A stretch of DNA of 63,893 bases from Octopus bimaculoides (GCF_001194135.2 NC_068986.1:49875496-49939388), one strand, 5' to 3'. Counted from the stretch's first letter, positions 37,270 to 51,359 are shown. Numbers and translations are program-made. Notes: a model not told the origin generated them from the letters alone.

Positions 37270-37645
37270 ACGTGCTGGCAGAATTGTTAGCATGCCAGGC
37301 AATAACATTTTGTTCGTCTTTACATTCTGAGTTCAAATTCTGCTGAGGTTTATTTTGCCTTTCATCCTTTCAGGGTCGATAAATTAAAGGCAGTGAACTA
37401 GCAGAAACATCAGCATGCAGGGCGAAATGCTTAGCAGTATTCAGGGTTGATAAATTAAGTACCAGTTGTGTACTGGGATCAATCTAATTGATTGGCCTCC
37501 TCCCCAAAATTTCGGGCCTTGTGCCTAGAGTAGAAAAGAGTCAATAAATTCAGTATCGGTTAGGCACTGGGGTAAATGCAATCAACTGGCCCCTTCTCCT
37601 GAGATTTCAGGCCTTGTGCCTATAGTAGAAAGGATTATTATTATT
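37270..37645 (+). mobile_element. SINE family C with internal partial duplications
   Basis: GCTGGCAGAATTGTTAGC head; GATAAATTAAG appears twice and the GGCCTTGTGCCTA.AGTAGAAA tail twice, then (ATT)n. Confidence 0.8.
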
Positions 37646-38226
37646 ATTATTATTTACGCTTTGGATTCAAACCCAGTCATGGTGAAATATATATCAGTAC
37701 TCTACATGAACTATAATTATAAGAAGTCTGCTATGACTTTTTTTTCTTCTATTGATAAGGCTTGATTTACATATAGCCATAACAATGTAATCTAGCATGG
37801 TTTGAATGTTTATATTTCTCAAATATTATGTCTCTCACCCCAACTTATCCCCATGCACACATGCATGCATGCATATAAATAAGTGGATGTAACATACAAA
37901 TATATGAGTGTAAACAAGTCTGGGTATGTTTCTCAAACAGATGTATACCTAAGCACAAATCTTGTGCGTTCACCATACACACACAAACATACACCTGTAG
38001 TCAAAACTGAGTGTATGCTAAGAACAAATATTTACATATGTATGTGAATATAAGTTTATGTATGAGCTAACTTTCATTTAAATGGAGATCGGAAATAAAA
38101 AAAGATTCAAGGTTGAAAAGACGTACTAACAGCTAACAAGAAAAAAAAAAAAAAAATATCAATCACACGTAGCGTACATAAATATTAGAAGACGTGTGTG
38201 TGTATATACACACAATATATACATAC

Positions 38227-38274
<48 letters not shown>

Positions 38275-40224
38275 CTGCTGTTACTGCTTCTCCAGGACTC
38301 AAGTGCAAATGTTTGTATATACACATATACATACTTTTGAGTGTATATNNNNNNNNNNNNNNNNNNNNNNNNNNNNNNNNNNNNNNNNNNNNNNNNNNNN
38401 NNNNNNNNNNNNNNNNNNNNNNNNNNNNNNNNNNNNNNNNNNNNNNNNNNNNNNNNNNNNTATATATATATATATATATATCATCGTCATCATCATTTAA
38501 TGTCCTCTTTTCCATGCTTGCATGGGTCAGACTAAATCTGTTCTGGCAGATTTTCAATAACCAAATGCCCATCCTGTCATCAATCCTCACTGGTTTCCAA
38601 GGAGGGCAATATCTTCCCATGGCCAGACATGTTTTTCATAGAAAACCGGAATTGAACAACCTCGTTTGTGTGATGATAATGCTCAATTATAACTATTACA
38701 GGGTGTCTAGATATGGGAAAATGTGCACGCGTGCACACACACACAAACAGTGGGCTTCTTTCATTTTCTATCTATCTATCACATCCACTTATAAGGCTTT
38801 GCTCAGCCCAGGCACATAGTAAAAAAACACAAAGTGCTGCACAGTAGGACTGAACCGGAGACAACGTGGTTGGGATACAAACTATATGAGCATGCTCGTG
38901 CCTCAGGTGTATCTTCATAGTAAGCCTTGATATACCACTCTTTTCATTACCCTCACATCTATTGCTCACCTCTTCTACTATCAATGTGCTTCTCTACCAT
39001 TACTCTATCTCTTTCCCATCACGTTGCCTGTGTGATGAGGGACGGCATCACATTAGATCTGTTCATATTCAAAACCCGTTACTATCATCATTTCATTATT
39101 GCTACCCAGCACACCCCTTCTCTCTCCCCTATGTCATCTACTATCACTGTTACTTCCATCACTCTCTCACTTCCAATACTCCCTCTTCCAACTCTCTCTC
39201 TCTCTCTCTCTCATCCATCACATTGCTCATGCTATTTCTACCAGATCTTTTCACCACCAACAACATTGTTCTGTATCACTAGGTTTCATCACCCCTTTGC
39301 TTTCTCTTCAATAACCGTGCAATCACTCTAACTTGGTTCCATTATTCCTTCTTCCACCTCTGTAAATGAGGAAGGAAATCAGGTACATCTTCTCTGAGAT
39401 GTGGTCAACGACCTGTGAAACAGTGTCTGGAAACATCCACTCTCTTTTGCCACACATCAAAGAGACAGAAGCAATGTGTTTACATTTTAATAATTTCCTC
39501 TTACAGCTAAGCCTATCTAATATTTTAATGCTGCTAATTCATTGTGTTATCATAAAATATCATCCTCATCATCATTATCATCATCCATGTTACATGGGTT
39601 GAACAGAATTTGTTGATGGGATTTTCTATGGTCAGATACCCTTCCTGTTGACAACTCCCATCTGTTTTCTAAGTAAGGTGATATGTCTCCATGGCATGTT
39701 TTCATGGAAGATTGCAAACAAAGGTCATTGTTTGTACGATGGTGACACTCATTCCCAAATCCACTACCAAATCTACTCACAAGGTTTTGGCTGAGCCAGG
39801 GCTAATATAGAAAACATGCCCGAGGTGCCACACAGTGGGACTAAATCAACTGAACCCAAAACCATGAGGTTGAGAACACAATAGCCAGTGATAGTGTGCA
39901 GTAAAAATGTAATGTAAACAATACCTAAGCATGCCAGGGTCACTTTATAGATAGATGATGATTCACATAACCACATCTTCTAGCACAGACATGTCATCTC
40001 CTTCAGCTTATTGTATTTATCACTACAGCATCGGTGTCTCAGCACCTCTGAATGAGAGAGAGATGCAAATCTCTCTTCACTAAATCCCACCCAACACATC
40101 CTGGCTCTCCTCTTCGCATTGCTCACACAATATAGAACCTGTGTTTTTTACCACATAGGTCCAATACTAACTAATTCCACTTCCCTTAATTTTTCCTCTC
40201 CCACATTGGCTATTTACTGTGCTT

Positions 40225-40400
40225 ATCATTGGAGAGACTGGCAAAGACAGTCATGCAATGGAGAGTTGAAGGAAGAAGGGAAAAAAAGAAAGGCAGGTCG
40301 TAAAAACATGGCAAAAGGCCATGCAAGAAAACTTGACAGACGTGAGTGTCACCTCAGAAATGCGGGTGCACTTTGGCTCAGAAGGATACTGCTTGGTAAC
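40225..40400 (+). mobile_element. Degraded RTE LINE C-terminal fragment
   Basis: Reads WRVEGRREK.KGRS*KTWQKAMQENLTDVSVTSEM, compare VEG.R.RGRPRKTW...V..DL. Confidence 0.5.
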
Positions 40401-41354
40401 CTTTCATTGCCTGACGTTTTCTGAGCGAATTGAGATAACATAATGTCTGCCAAACCTCAGGAATAACCACCCCCACCTACGATTTACCTACAACTGTCAA
40501 CTTAAAGATTCTCTACCTGAACATCAATTATGTCACCTTCAGCAGTCTTGGAGAACCTATGAAGATCAAGAAAATAGCTACCTTTCATTTAAGCAAAAAA
40601 AAAAAAAATGCATAAATAAACAAAGCAAAAATAAACTGGGTTTGAACTAAAGACCAATGAGTTCGTAGATCAACATGATATCCTCTCAGCTATTTCGCTT
40701 CTACATTGATAATAAAATAGAGTCAAATCAATTCCCTTAGCTTCTTGTTTACAGCTATAATGATGATGATGATGATGACGATAATGAAAAAAGAAAAACT
40801 TCTAAATATCCAATTATTTATTTGTAATTAATTCATTATGAGATTTCCATCCATAATGTATATATGTGTGTGCACATGNNNNNNNNNNNNNNNNNNNNNN
40901 NNNNNNNNNNNNNNNNNNNNNNNNNNNNNNNNNNNNNNNNNNNNNNNNNNNNNNNNATATACATACATACATATATATCTATATATACACACACACACAC
41001 ACACACGTATATATGTATTAATGAGAACAGATGTGACAAAAGGTGAGAAAACCATTTTTTTTCTCTTTCTTAATTCTTGTTTCCCCAAGATGTTCACATC
41101 TAACATTCATACACACACACACACACACACACACATCTTTTCTGCCAAACTTATTTATCATGTGTGCAAATATGATAAATAAATATACTCAAACATTCAA
41201 AGTCTACATTGTCTGCCTAACTTTTTCACAATCACTAACATCAGCCATTAAGAAGAAACAGCTAGTTTGATCTCAGAGGAGAGAGTAAATTAGAGTTGTA
41301 ACAATTATGCCTTTCCCCATTCATACACAAAAAGCATAGTATAAGTCTGAAAAA

Positions 41355-41713
41355 GGTGGAGGCGCAATGGCTCAGTGGTTAGGGCAGCGGACTCGCAGTC
41401 ATAGGATCGCGGTTTCGATTCCCAGACCGGGCGTTGTGAGTGTTTATTGAGTGAAAACACCTAAAGCTCCCTGCTGTACTCTTCCGCCACAACTTTCTCT
41501 CACTCTTACTTCCTGTTTCTGTTGTGCTTGTAATTCAAAGGGTCAGCCTTGTCACACTGTGTCACGCTGAATATCCCCGAGAACTACGTTAAGGGTACAC
41601 GTGTCTGTGGAGTGCTCAGCCACTTGCACGTTAATTTCACGAGCAGGCTGTTCTGTTGATCGGATCAACTGGAACCCTCGACGTCGCAAGCGACGGAGTG
41701 CCAACGACAACAA
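41355..41713 (+). mobile_element. SINE family A, full length, ~30-bp internal deletion
   Basis: GGTGGAGGCGCAATGG head; TSD AAGTCTGAAAAA at 41343-41354 and 41714-41725; (CAA) tail. Confidence 0.95.
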
Positions 41714-41885
41714 AAGTCTGAAAAAGAGTGAAAATGTGTTCCGGGCTCAGAAACAAACCCTCTGGTTGAAAATTCCAGCTTGATCAAGATCGAGAACATA
41801 CCATCATTCTATCAAAGACTATTCTGGCATTGCAAGCACTGTTCTGAAATGTGGTTAAGGAGGAACAACAAAGGTTGCATGTTAA

Positions 41886-42110
41886 CCCTTTAGTAATTAA
41901 ACTGGCCGTACCTGGACCAAATATTCTCCCTGTTTTACTTTCAAACCAGCCAGATCTGGCCTCTCAGACCATCCCGACAATATCATTCTAAAAAATAAAT
42001 ATTCACATCAACAAAGACTTGAATCTATGACATAATGTCTGATCAATTCAAAACAACGTGAATAAATAAGTTTTACATTTGACAGAGTAATTTGAATGCT
42101 TTTAAAGGAT
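41886..42110. mobile_element. piggyBac-type MITE
   Basis: TTAA|CCCTTT...AAAGGAT|TTAA. A related copy ends AAGGGG|TTAA at 57346. Confidence 0.75.
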
Positions 42111-42126
42111 TTAACACAAAAAAAAA

Positions 42127-42290
42127 AAACGTGAAGGGTCGTGTGCTTAAGAAGTTCACTTTGCAACCACATGGTTTCAAGTTCAGACCTACTAAATGGC
42201 ATCCGGGGCAAGTGACTTCAACTACAGCCCTAGGCAAATCAATGTCTTGTGGGCGAATTTAATAGATAGAAACTGTGTGGAAATCTATTC

Positions 42291-42321
<31 letters not shown>

Positions 42322-42530
42322 CAAACATGTGTGTGTGTGTGTGACTACCATCGTGTGACAACATGTTTTGGTTCGTTTATGTACTTGTAACTGAGCAATT
42401 CAGCAAAAATACCTGATAGAATAAAGTATCAGACTTTAAGAAAAGAATATGTGCCAGGGTTGATTTGTTTCAACTAAAATACTCCAGCATGGCCACAGTC
42501 CAATGACCAAAACAAATAAAAGAAAAAAGA
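42127..42530 (+). mobile_element. SINE family B, degraded
   Basis: GTGTGCTTAAGAAGTTCACTTTGCAACCACATGGTT...GATAGAATAAGTA...CTCCAGCATGGCCACAGTC.AATGAC. Confidence 0.75.
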
Positions 42531-42764
42531 AGCCAACAAGGTAGTTTGCTAAAGATTGAAGCCAAATCTCTCTCTCTCTCTAAAAAAAGAGAAAGGAACA
42601 TTGAACCATGTAGTGCTAGAAACACTGTGTCTCATAAAAAAAAAAGAAAAACGAATGGACTGGTTGTGTCTAGAATCCCCTTGACCACTGGTCTGCTCAA
42701 TTTGAGTGCTGACATAGCAGAGGTATGTGAACAACAACAACAACAAAAACGATGACATTAAGAA

Positions 42765-42842
42765 CTCAGGGGATTGGTGCAAGTTGATGCTCAGGGGATT
42801 GGTGCAAGTTGATGCTCAGGGGATTGGTGCAAGTTGATGCTC
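42765..42842. repeat. 25-bp tandem repeat, about 3 perfect copies
   Basis: CTCAGGGGATTGGTGCAAGTTGATG at 42765, 42790 and 42815. Confidence 0.95.
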
Positions 42843-42935
42843 CTAACATGTGTGTGTGTGCGCGTGTGTGTGNNNNNNNNNNTCCTAACATGTGTGTGTG
42901 TGCGCGTGTGTGTGCGCGTGTGTGTGTGTGTGTGC

Positions 42936-42970
<35 letters not shown>

Positions 42971-45268
42971 TGTGTTAGTTACTAATCATTAAATCCAGGC
43001 TTTATGAAATTAATAATCAGGAACGCATTTGCATCGACAGGATCAACAATTCACTACCTACAAAACTATATTATACTAAAAACAGCACTCTGTTAATTTA
43101 ACAAATAAATCAGCATACACCGATTCTTGTCGCCTTGTTTCCAAGTAGACTTTGGTCATAATGGTTAACAACATACATCATCATCATCATCAGTGTGCAT
43201 TGTCGTTTATTCAAGAGATTTAGGTTCCATGCTGGCATGGGTTGGACAAGTCAGCTACATCTGTCTTTAGTGAACTCTGCTGCAAGCCCGGGCTCTCTTA
43301 GATCACATCTAAGGCAAGTCACTCAGAGCCCACCTAGGGGTCACAGTACCTATGTCTCCCGCGACCATCAAACATCATTTAAGCTGGTAAGAAAATCAAA
43401 GTAGATTGCGCACAAGGATCCATATTGTCTACACAGAGATTCTTCCCAATCTTCCCCCACCACCACCACCACATCATGCCAACCCACTCTCACCCTGCTC
43501 ACCTTCTCTTCACAACCTTTTCCCCATCACCACCACCACCACCACCACCACCATCACCAACAATGTGATCTGGAATGGGTCAACCATTCTCGTATATCAG
43601 ACTAAGTCTCCTTCTGTGATATTCAAAAGTGTCTTTGCTTTTCGGTTTCATTTTTATTATCAATATTACTCTCTTTCATTCCATAGTCTACACACACACA
43701 CACACAACTTCTCTCAACAGTACTTTCTTTCTTTCTTTCTTTCTAGCACATATTCTCTCTATTTCCCCCTTCACTCCCTTGCTTCTCATCCCTCTATGTA
43801 TATTCTTCCTTACTCATACACCAACCATTCTTTCATGCACACACACACACACACACACACGCACACACAAAATCACTTTTTCACCATCTTTTCATTCATT
43901 CCCAGCCAAACTTTCAAGATTCTTCCCTTGTTCACTTGCTCTTTATTACCATTATTGCCATTACCACTTCCGCCATCACCAACACCACTACCACCACCAC
44001 CACGGCCATCACAAATATTGTTACTATTTACCACACACACACACAGACACATACATACATATGTATATATATATATATATATATACATACACATATAAAT
44101 GAAGAGCCACTAAACTTTAATACAAGTTTATCATAAATTCTTTGACACCTTCGCTTAAAAATATGACAACATACCCTGGAAGCAAGCAAGGACAGCCAAC
44201 GACATCAACACCACCGACAGAGAAAACGCAACCTCCACAACTCTTATAAATGCATAACCACCCTCACCTTGTTATCANNNNNNNNNNNNNNNNNNNNNNN
44301 NNNNNNNNNNNNNNNNNNNNNNNNNNNNNNNNNNNNNNNNNNNNNNNNNNNNNNNNNNNNNNNNNNNNNNNNNNNNNNNNNNNNNNNNNNNNNNNNNNNN
44401 NNNNNNNNNNNNNNNNNNNNNNNNNNNNNNNNNNNNNNNNNNNNNNNNNNNNNNNNNNNNNNNNNNNNNNNNNNNNNNNNNNNNNNNNNNNNNNNNNNNN
44501 NNNNNNNNNNNNNNNNNNNNNNNNNNNNNNNNNNNNNNNNNNNNNNNNNNNNNNNNNNNNNNNNNNNNNNNNNNNNNNNNNNNNNNNNNNNNNNNNNNNN
44601 NNNNNNNNNNNNNNNNNNNNNNNNNNNNNNNNNNNNNNNNNNNNNNNNNNNNNNNNNNNNNNNNNNNNNNNNNNNNNNNNNNNNNNNNNNNNNNNNNNNN
44701 NNNNNNNNNNNNNNNNNNNNNNNNNNNNNNNNNNNNNNNNNNNNNNNNNNNNNNNNNNNNNNNNNNNNNNNNNNNNNNNNNNNNNNNNNNNNNNNNNNNN
44801 NNNNNNNNNNNNNNNNNNNNNNNNNNNNNNNNNNNNNNNNNNNNNNNNNNNNNNNNNNNNNNNNNNNNNNNNNNNNNNNNNNNNNNNNNNNNNNNNNNNN
44901 NNNNNNNNNNNNNNNNNNNNNNNNNNNNNNNNNNNNNNNNNNNNNNNNNNNNNNNNNNNNNNNNNNNNNNNNNNNNNNNNNNNNNNNNNNNNNNNNNNNN
45001 NNNNNNNNNNNNNNNNNNNNNNNNNNNNNNNNNNNNNNNNNNNNNNNNNNNNNNNNNNNNNNNNNNNNNNNNNNNNNNNNATATATACATACATATATAC
45101 ATACATATATATATATATATATACATACATATATATATATACATATATATATATACATATATATATATATACATATATATACATACATATACATATATAT
45201 ACATATATATACATACATATACATATATATACATACATATATATATACATACATATATACATACATAT

Positions 45269-45299
<31 letters not shown>

Positions 45300-45594
45300 C
45301 ATACATACACATTTATATATATACACACACACACACACACAAATATGTGTGTGTGTGTGTGCATGCAAAAAAAAAAAAGAAAGGGAAAAGCATTGAGTTG
45401 TAAGAATGAACGGAAAACAATGGACAGTTATTGTGGAAAATCAAAGTGAAATATCACTATCACAAACACACATAAACACACACATACACATACACACGAT
45501 GATGAATTTTTCATAAAGACAACTTCTTGCATTCATAAAGAGAAAGAAAAACAGAAAAACACACACATATTCATATATACACACTGAAAACAAT

Positions 45595-45628
<34 letters not shown>

Positions 45629-46422
45629 CCATATGTATAAAATGTGTGCACACATGTTTGTGCAGGGGGTGGGGGGATGTGATGGTGGTGTCTGTGCATA
45701 TGCTTGTATGTGAGTATGTGTGTGTGTGTGTAGGCTTTAGAAGAATCGGCAATCAAGAAGTTTGATAAATCAGGTTAGGAGAACAGAATTCATCCATCAT
45801 AGACAATAAAACAATCTAAATACTACAGGAACCAAACCATGATAAAGCTGACCCTTAAACCAAGTCAAAGTTCTGTGGCGATATTATGATTTTTACAAAT
45901 GTTTTCTGTCGGAAAATACTTACTCAAGAAATCAGGGTCCAATAAAGCAAAATGAAAATCTATGTTTTAACATTGGTACAACCGATTCCTTTTGTTTATT
46001 ACCAGACCCCAAGTACTGAGTACCGCTGCTTCTACACTCAATCACATATTAAATGATAATTGATGGCTCGAAGTTGACAGCCACAGAATACCATACTTCC
46101 ACCACCACCAACACCACCTCTACTGCTGCTGTCGCCACAATAGTAACATTATCGCAACCACCACCACCACCACAGCTACTGCAAGCTCTCAGTGTTACAG
46201 AAGGAAGCTATTGAATGTTTGAGTGTATGTGTGCACGCGCATGCATGCGTGTGTGTGTGTGTAAATGCGATGGGGATAGATGTTGTCTTTAGTTATGAGG
46301 TTGTTGCCGTTGTTAGTGTTATTGGCACTGGTGGCAAAGGTAGAGACGTGTCTGATAATGCATTTTTTTTTTTTGTTAAGAAAGGCGATGATGAGGATGA
46401 TAATAATAATGATGAAGAAGAG

Positions 46423-46462
<40 letters not shown>

Positions 46463-48329
46463 AGTCAATAAACCAAAGAGTAACCATTGTTCCTGAAACC
46501 AATCATCGAAAAGTTGAAAAGTTAAATAACTGTTGAGAGAGAGAGAGAGAGGGAGAGAGAGGGAAAGCTAGAGAAAGAGAGAGAGAGAGAGAAAGTGCCA
46601 GACAAATAGAGGGTGAGAAAGAAGAGAAAGAGGTAAGATGAAATATAAGGAAATTTTAACAAAGATACTAATAAATGGTACCAAGGGCATAAGTAGAAGC
46701 AGCAGAATTGTTTTGTGTTGAACATGCCAAACATTACAATATATATGTATATATGCAAATAAAATGTGTGTGTGTGTGTGTGAGTAACAACATTAATAGA
46801 AGTTACAAGTAGGGTTTAACTGAAAGAATGAGCCAAAGAGGGACCATCTATGCAGTTGGTCAACCTGCTAGAAATAATAGTTAAATCTCTGTCAAATCAC
46901 ATATTGTCTTTAATGGGCAAAGTCACAGTAAATATGATAAAATAAAAATGTGTGTGTGTGTGTGTGTGTGTGTGCGTATGTGTACACATTTTTATAAAAT
47001 TCTTCTGCAAGATTCTTGAGAACAAAGGACACACAAAGGGTGGTAGAGTCGCTGAAAAGGTCACAGGTGTGTGATGAAAGATTTCCAGAAAATGGACATA
47101 AGATAAAATAAGAACAATAATAAATGATTGAAGAACGAATATGTAGTGTGTGTGTGTTTATTTGGCAAGAAAAACAAAATGACCATCCTGAAATAAAATA
47201 TATATATATAAATTCATAAGAGTGGTACAACAAGGCACCGATATTTTTCATTGATATATATANNNNNNNNNNNNNNNNNNNNNNNNNNNNNNNNNNNNNN
47301 NNNNNNNNNNNNNNNNNNNNNNNNNNNNNNNNNNNNNNNNNNNNNNNNNNNNNNNNNNNNNNNNNNNNNNNNNNNNNNNNNNNNNNNNNNNNNNNNNNNN
47401 NNNNNNNNNNNNNNNNNNNNNNNNNNNNNNNNNNNNNNNNNNNNNNNNNNNNNNNNNNNNNNNNNNNNNNNNNNNNNNNNNNNNNNNNNNNNNNNNNNNN
47501 NNNNNNNNNNNNNNNNNNNNNNNNNNNNNNNNNNNNNNNNNNNNNNNNNNNNNNNNNNNNNNNNNNNNNNNNNNNNNNNNNNNNNNNNNNNNNNNNNNNN
47601 NNNNNNNNNNNNNNNNNNNNNNNNNNNNNNNNNNNNNNNNNNNNNNNNNNNNNNNNNNNNNNNNNNNNNNNNNNNNNNNNNNNNNNNNNNNNNNNNNNNN
47701 NNNNNNNNNNNNNNNNNNNNNNNNNNNNNNNNNNNNNNNNNNNNNNNNNNNNNNNNNNNNNNNNNNNNNNNNNNNNNNNNNNNNNNNNNNNNNNNNNNNN
47801 NNNNNNNNNNNNNNNNNNNNNNNNNNNNNNNNNNNNNNNNNNNNNNNNNNNNNNNNNNNNNNNNNNNNNNNNNNNNNNNNNNNNNNNNNNNNNNNNNNNN
47901 NNNNNNNNNNNNNNNNNNNNNNNNNNNNNNNNNNNNNNNNNNNNNNNNNNNNNNNNNNNNNNNNNNNNNNNNNNNNNNNNNNNNNNNNNNNNNNNNNNNN
48001 NNNNNNNNNNNNNNNNNNNNNNNNNNNNNNNNNNNNNNNNNNNNNNNNNNNNNNNNNNNNNNNNNNNNNNNNNNNNNNNNNNNNNNNNNNNNNNNNNNNN
48101 NNNNNNNNNNNNNNNNNNNNNNNNNNNNNNNNNNNNNNNNNNNNNNNNNNNNNNNNNNNNNNNNNNNNNNNNNNNNNNNNNNNNNNNNNNNNNNNNNNNN
48201 NNNNNNTATATATATATTTATATATATGTATGTAGGTGTATATATCTGTGTGTGCATATATATGTATGCATGTATATATGTGTATATGTATGTGTGTATA
48301 TATATATGTATGTGTGTGTGTGTTTGTGC

Positions 48330-48362
<33 letters not shown>

Positions 48363-48380
48363 TATATATATATATATATA

Positions 48381-49400
48381 CAGGGTGTTTGTAAAGTAAC
48401 GCAACACACTAGAGCATTAAGGAATATATATATATTTAAATGCAGTGAATGCTGATTTTTACTCACATATAATTAGAATACAATCAGTGAAGTAAATGAA
48501 GAATCATGAAAAAGAAATTTATGAAACATGGATTCAAAAGTAGGCTAAAAGATAGTTCTCAAAATGCTTGCCATCTTTTTTAATGCAATGATCAATTTTG
48601 GATCAGCACATCTCTTGGCACAATTCTGTGTTGATGTCCTGGACAGCAATTTGTATTTCCGTTCAAAGTTGAATGACGGTACGCAGATTGCGACCATATA
48701 CCCAATCTTTTAATACTCCCCAAAGAAAAAAGTCATATGGGGTGAGGTTGACCAAATGGGCTGGCCATTCAACTAGCCCTCTTCATCCAATCCACGCACC
48801 AGGAAAATTGTCATCCAACCACTGGCGCACTGACAATGAACGTGGCAGTGCCTCATCCAACTAGAAGTAAACTTGTTCTGCCACTTCTGGACATAACCAG
48901 TTTTGAAGTATGTCAAGGTATGAACCTCCAGTGACAGTAGCATCAAAAAAGTATGGTCCAATAATACCCTGTGATGAAATGGCAAACCATATGCCGAGAC
49001 CAGGCAAATTCACTGACTTCTGCAAAGTGTGGTGAAGATTTTTAAAATTCCAGTACACGCAGTTACGTTTGTTAATTTGTGTACTGAGTTTGAAAACCGC
49101 CTCATCAGACCACAAGATTCAATCAACAGACGTTGAATCATCTTCAAACATGCGTGGAAAGATTTTTGCTTGCTTCTAGATGCTGATCAGGATCATCATC
49201 ATTGAGTTCTTGTACAAGATGTGGAGTGTACAGGTTTTTTTTTTTCTTAAGTTCAAACAAAGTTTTGTAAACAGTTGGGTAACTCACATGCAAATCTGCA
49301 TGGTCGGCAAGTTGGCTTGCATTACATGTTATTTGATTTGTCACCCACACCATGAAATAAATGTAAGACCAACTCCATTCTTCACGTATGTATAGACTGG
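48381..49400 (-). mobile_element. Tc1/mariner DD41D-like (Visitor/rosa-type) transposon remnant, pseudogenised
   Basis: Minus strand: VSYPTVYKTL..LYTPHLVQELNDDD; WSDEAVFKL..INKRNCVYW..IWFAISSQGIIGPYFFDATVTGGSYL; F*LDEALP..VRQWLDDNFPGAWIG*RG..WP...LTPYDFFLWG. There are 40 residues between the last two Asp (one codon apparently lost). The terminus TA|CAGGGTG is at 48381; the other TIR was not found. Confidence 0.9.
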
Positions 49401-49749
49401 GCTAAATTCGACGATTTTTTAAATTTCTCATTTTTTCAGGAACAGCTAAGTGTATTGATGAACAGCCAAGAGCATAAAAAATTAAAGCCGTAGTCAAGAA
49501 AAAGTGAGCTGACATGGAGGACAGGAAGCCATCTGAATATTAGAAGAGAGTTACCTGCATCATGATCATTTACACCAGGTGTCAACATGCTGACATCATG
49601 ACTGCTGTTCAATGCTCTATGAACACTGTAAAGGCTTGTAACACATGGCATGGACAGCTGCAATGGACACTACAAAGCAGTGACCAACAGGTAAGGACAT
49701 AGCTGTTAAACTGATTATGTCTGCATGCTGCAATTCATCACTACATCTT

Positions 49750-50215
49750 TGGGACAGTGCCTTAGGTTCAATTCAGATGGCAATGTGAATCTGCTAGAGA
49801 CTGTAGTCAATCCCTGGGGTGGGAGGTGCTAGAGACTGTAGTCAATCCCTGTGGTGGGAGGTGGTTGCTGCTGGAAAGCCATATGTGTAGCAGCTGGGTT
49901 CAGCTCCTTTGCCAGACCTTTGGAAAAAGTCAAACATGGTTGTCGGAGAATTTCTACAATTTTACCAGTTCTAAGTTGTAGCCTCTGAATTGCTCCAATT
50001 GTTAATTTCATGGATCACTACCCATGAGGAGTGGTTGAGAAAGTCACTAATAAATAGCCCTGCCTACAACACCAAACCTGGGCTGATAGTCAATACCAAG
50101 AAGGCATTTCAAGATCTACTAAGGGACACAATGAGGTACGCATGCACCAGGTTCCAGGGCTCTCCTGAGGCTGAAGTGGAACCTGAGGGCAACCACTTTG
50201 AGTAAACTGTTGTCT
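49750..50215 (+). mobile_element. Tc1/mariner DD37D-like (maT-type) transposase C-terminal remnant
   Basis: With frameshifts: NLLETVV...GKPYV*QLGSAPCQTFGKSQTWLSENFYNFT..L*PLN..NC..MDHY..GVVEK...ACTRF...EPEGNHFE*. 37 residues separate the expected catalytic positions; includes a 35-bp tandem duplication at 49793-49862. Confidence 0.8.
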
Positions 50216-51079
50216 GCCAGCCATGATCTAGTCGATATTTTTTGATTTTTTAAAAATACTTTTATTTTCTCATGGGATATTTTTCTTTGCTTTTATGCAA
50301 ACCATCAAATTTAGACCAAATACTCTGTGTGTGTATGTGTGTGCGTGTAGAAAAAATTACATCTTTATTATCAATCTCACCTTATAAAGCCAACAACTGT
50401 TTCTNNNNNNNNNNNNNNNNNNNNNNNNNNNNNNNNNNNNNNNNNNNNNNNNNNNNNNNNNNNNNNNNNNNNNNNNNNNNNNNNNNNNNNNNNNNNNNNN
50501 NNNNNNNNNNNNNNNNNNNNNNNNNNNNNNNNNNNNNNNNNNNNNNNNNNNNNNNNNNNNNNNNNNNNNNNNNNNNNNNNNNNNNNNNNNNNNNNNNNNN
50601 NNNNNNNNNNNNNNNNNNNNNNNNNNNNNNNNNNNNNNNNNNNNNNNNNNNNNNNNNNNNNNNNNNNNNNNNNNNNNNNNNNNNNNNNNNNNNNNNNNNN
50701 NNNNNNNNNNNNNNNNNNNNNNNNNNNNNNNNNNNNNNNNNNNNNNNNNNNNNNNNNNNNNNNNNNNNNNNNNNNNNNNNNNNNNNNNNNNNNNNNNNNN
50801 NNNNNNNNNNNNNNNNNNNNNNNNNNNNNNNNNNNNNNNNNNNNNNNNNNNNNNNNNNNNNNNNNNNNNNNNNNNNNNNNNNNNNNNNNNNNNNNNNNNN
50901 NNNNNNNNNNNNNNNNNNNNNNNNNNNNNNNNNNNNNNNNNNNNNNNNNNNNNNNNNNNNNNNNNNNNNNNNNNNNNNNNNNNNNNNNNNNNNNNNNNNN
51001 NNNNNNNNNNNNNNNNNNNNNNNNNNNNNNNNNNNNNNNNNNNNNNNNNNNNNNNNNNNNNNNNNNNNNNNNNNNNNNN

Positions 51080-51240
51080 TATATATAGGTGCAGGAATGA
51101 CTGTGTGGTTAAGAAATTTGCTTCCAAAACATGGGCTTTCGAGTTCAGTCTCATTGTTTGAAACCTTAGGCAAGTCTCTTCTTTTATAACCTCAGACCAA
51201 CCAAAGCCTTGCAAGTAAATATGGCAGATAGAAACTGAGA
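51080..51240 (+). mobile_element. SINE family B head half
   Basis: CAGGAATGACTGTGTGGTTAAGAAATTTGCTTCC...CCTTAGGCAAGT...GATAGAAACTGA. Confidence 0.7.
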
Positions 51241-51359
51241 CACACTCTGTGTGTGCGTGTGTGTGTGTGTGTGTGTGCATATGATCTTTATCATATGCCA
51301 ACTGAATTTGCAAGTAGTCATTCAGGTACTGATATGTGACTGTTAGCTATGTACACAAG

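Noticed and set aside
42765-42842. Possible CRISPR-like array (also the 28-bp repeat at 62061)
   Set aside because: Head-to-tail units with no spacers, in a eukaryotic context with no cas genes.
43406-44136. Poly-Pro/Thr/His ORFs (230 aa and 157 aa)
   Set aside because: Built from (CAC)n, (CA)n and (TA)n repeats; compositional artefact.
45916-45960. Minus-strand donor GTAAGTAT
   Set aside because: All three upstream frames stop within about 60 nt and there is no good acceptor; at most a UTR exon, unsupported.
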